Source: an uncultured Candidatus Saccharibacteria bacterium (GTDB lineage: Bacteria; Patescibacteriota; Minisyncoccia; Minisyncoccales; GWA2-38-27). From it: a stretch of 64,000 nt of DNA. The stretch covers positions 8,235 to 72,234 of the forward strand of contig CAZSQP010000002.1 in NCBI GenBank assembly GCA_964609075.1. Reading direction: 5' to 3'. Shown here piece after piece: positions 63,489-64,000 of the stretch. Made by a program: the position numbers and the translations under genes. The notes under the pieces were generated by a model that saw only the letters and a list, made by a program, of their open reading frames with translations, made no database searches and was not told where the DNA came from. Position 1 is the stretch's first letter; the number at the start of each line of letters is the position of its first letter.

Positions 63489-63872
63489 ATGATATCTTTA
63501 CTCTATCAGTCTTTAGTTTGGTATTACTTTGATATGATTAAGGGCATTCTTTTAACCTGGCGTAATTTCCTTGTTTTTAATTTTAACTATTTTTCTCTTT
63601 TTGTGCTTTTAAGGACTCTTTTTTCTCCCTGGCACAGATACTATTATTCTTACGGAAAAGGATTCAGTTTTAAGAAATACCTGAATGTTTTTACCTTTAA
63701 TGCAATGTCTCGGGTTATAGGAGCTATTCTAAGAATTTTTATTATCGTTGTAGGTTTATTAGCTGAGGTATTTTTCTTTTTAGCAGGTATATTTGTTCTC
63801 TCTTTTTGGATTATTCTTCCTTTGATTCTGCTTTTTCTTTTAATTTTTGGTTTAAGATTAATTATATTCTAA
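63489..63872 (+). CDS. Hypothetical small membrane protein
   Basis: 127-aa ORF with 3 hydrophobic helices. No motif recognised. Confidence 0.4.
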   Translation: MISLLYQSLVWYYFDMIKGILLTWRNFLVFNFNYFSLFVLLRTLFSPWHRYYYSYGKGFSFKKYLNVFTFNAMSRVIGAILRIFIIVVGLLAEVFFFLAGIFVLSFWIILPLILLFLLIFGLRLIIF

Positions 63873-64000
63873 ATGTTCAATTTTAAGAAAGCTAAAATAT
63901 ATCAGGCCTTAAAATGGGAAAAGTTTCCTCTCTTTAGGTTCTCTGATTTTTTTAGGAGCGTTTTTTTCGGTCTTTTCCTAATATTCTTTATTGTCTTTCT

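Noticed and set aside
1-64000. Search for CRISPR arrays, rRNA genes, transposases/integrases, toxin-antitoxin pairs and prophage genes
   Set aside because: I found no regularly spaced direct repeats, no rRNA-like sequence and no recombinase-like ORF anywhere in the window. The only mobile-element-like signals are the two inteins and the repeat/att-like scars around the island.

Overview
This is an AT-rich, tightly packed bacterial chromosome segment made up mostly of translation, replication and cell-envelope housekeeping genes. These are rpmJ(partial)-rpsM-rpsK-rpsD-rpoA-rplQ, rplM-rpsI, murA, two mreB paralogues, holB, frr, rseP, proS, gatC/gatA with gatB encoded separately, pheS-pheT, gyrB, secE-nusG-rplK, dCMP deaminase-tmk-thyX, miaA-miaB, thrS, dnaE, rnhB, rpmF-nusB-rnc, rpsP-KH-trmD, rpmG, def, pcm, mltG, rplJ-rplL and a pgsA-like gene. 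There are also 8 tRNA genes. Several traits fit a small-genome Patescibacteria/CPR-type organism: short genes with ATGA start/stop overlaps, a type-IV-pilin-like LamG protein, inteins, no rplA next to rplK, and an archaeal-type ProRS. That placement is inference only. The main finding is an accessory segment of about 8 kb (16.1-24.3 kb). It holds seven co-directional biosynthetic genes: a KamA-family radical-SAM aminomutase, an SbnA-like/SbnB-like pair for L-2,3-diaminopropionate, two ATP-grasp ligases, a C39-like cysteine peptidase and an EctB-type diaminobutyrate aminotransferase. The genes are bracketed by imperfect inverted repeats of about 210 bp. The segment abuts a tRNA cluster and a duplicated fragment of the tRNA-Asp 3' end, and no integrase or transposase is visible. 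I read it as a cargo-only island encoding an NRPS-independent pathway to a diamino-acid-based product with no described counterpart that I know of. Other notable points are gyrB interrupted by two inteins (LAGLIDADG type and HNH type), a promoter- and terminator-bounded rod-like ncRNA candidate of about 180-240 nt (6S-like), and an L10-leader-like structure. Two tRNAs carry UGCAA T-loops. Patches visibly richer in G+C (pyrD-pyrF-pyrE-like, thyX, the Ddl-like gene inside the island) suggest foreign origin. There is an orphan Cas4-like nuclease, and S16, L7/L12 and L32 carry Lys/Glu-rich extensions. I saw no rRNA genes, CRISPR arrays or transposases. All composition statements are by eye, not computed.
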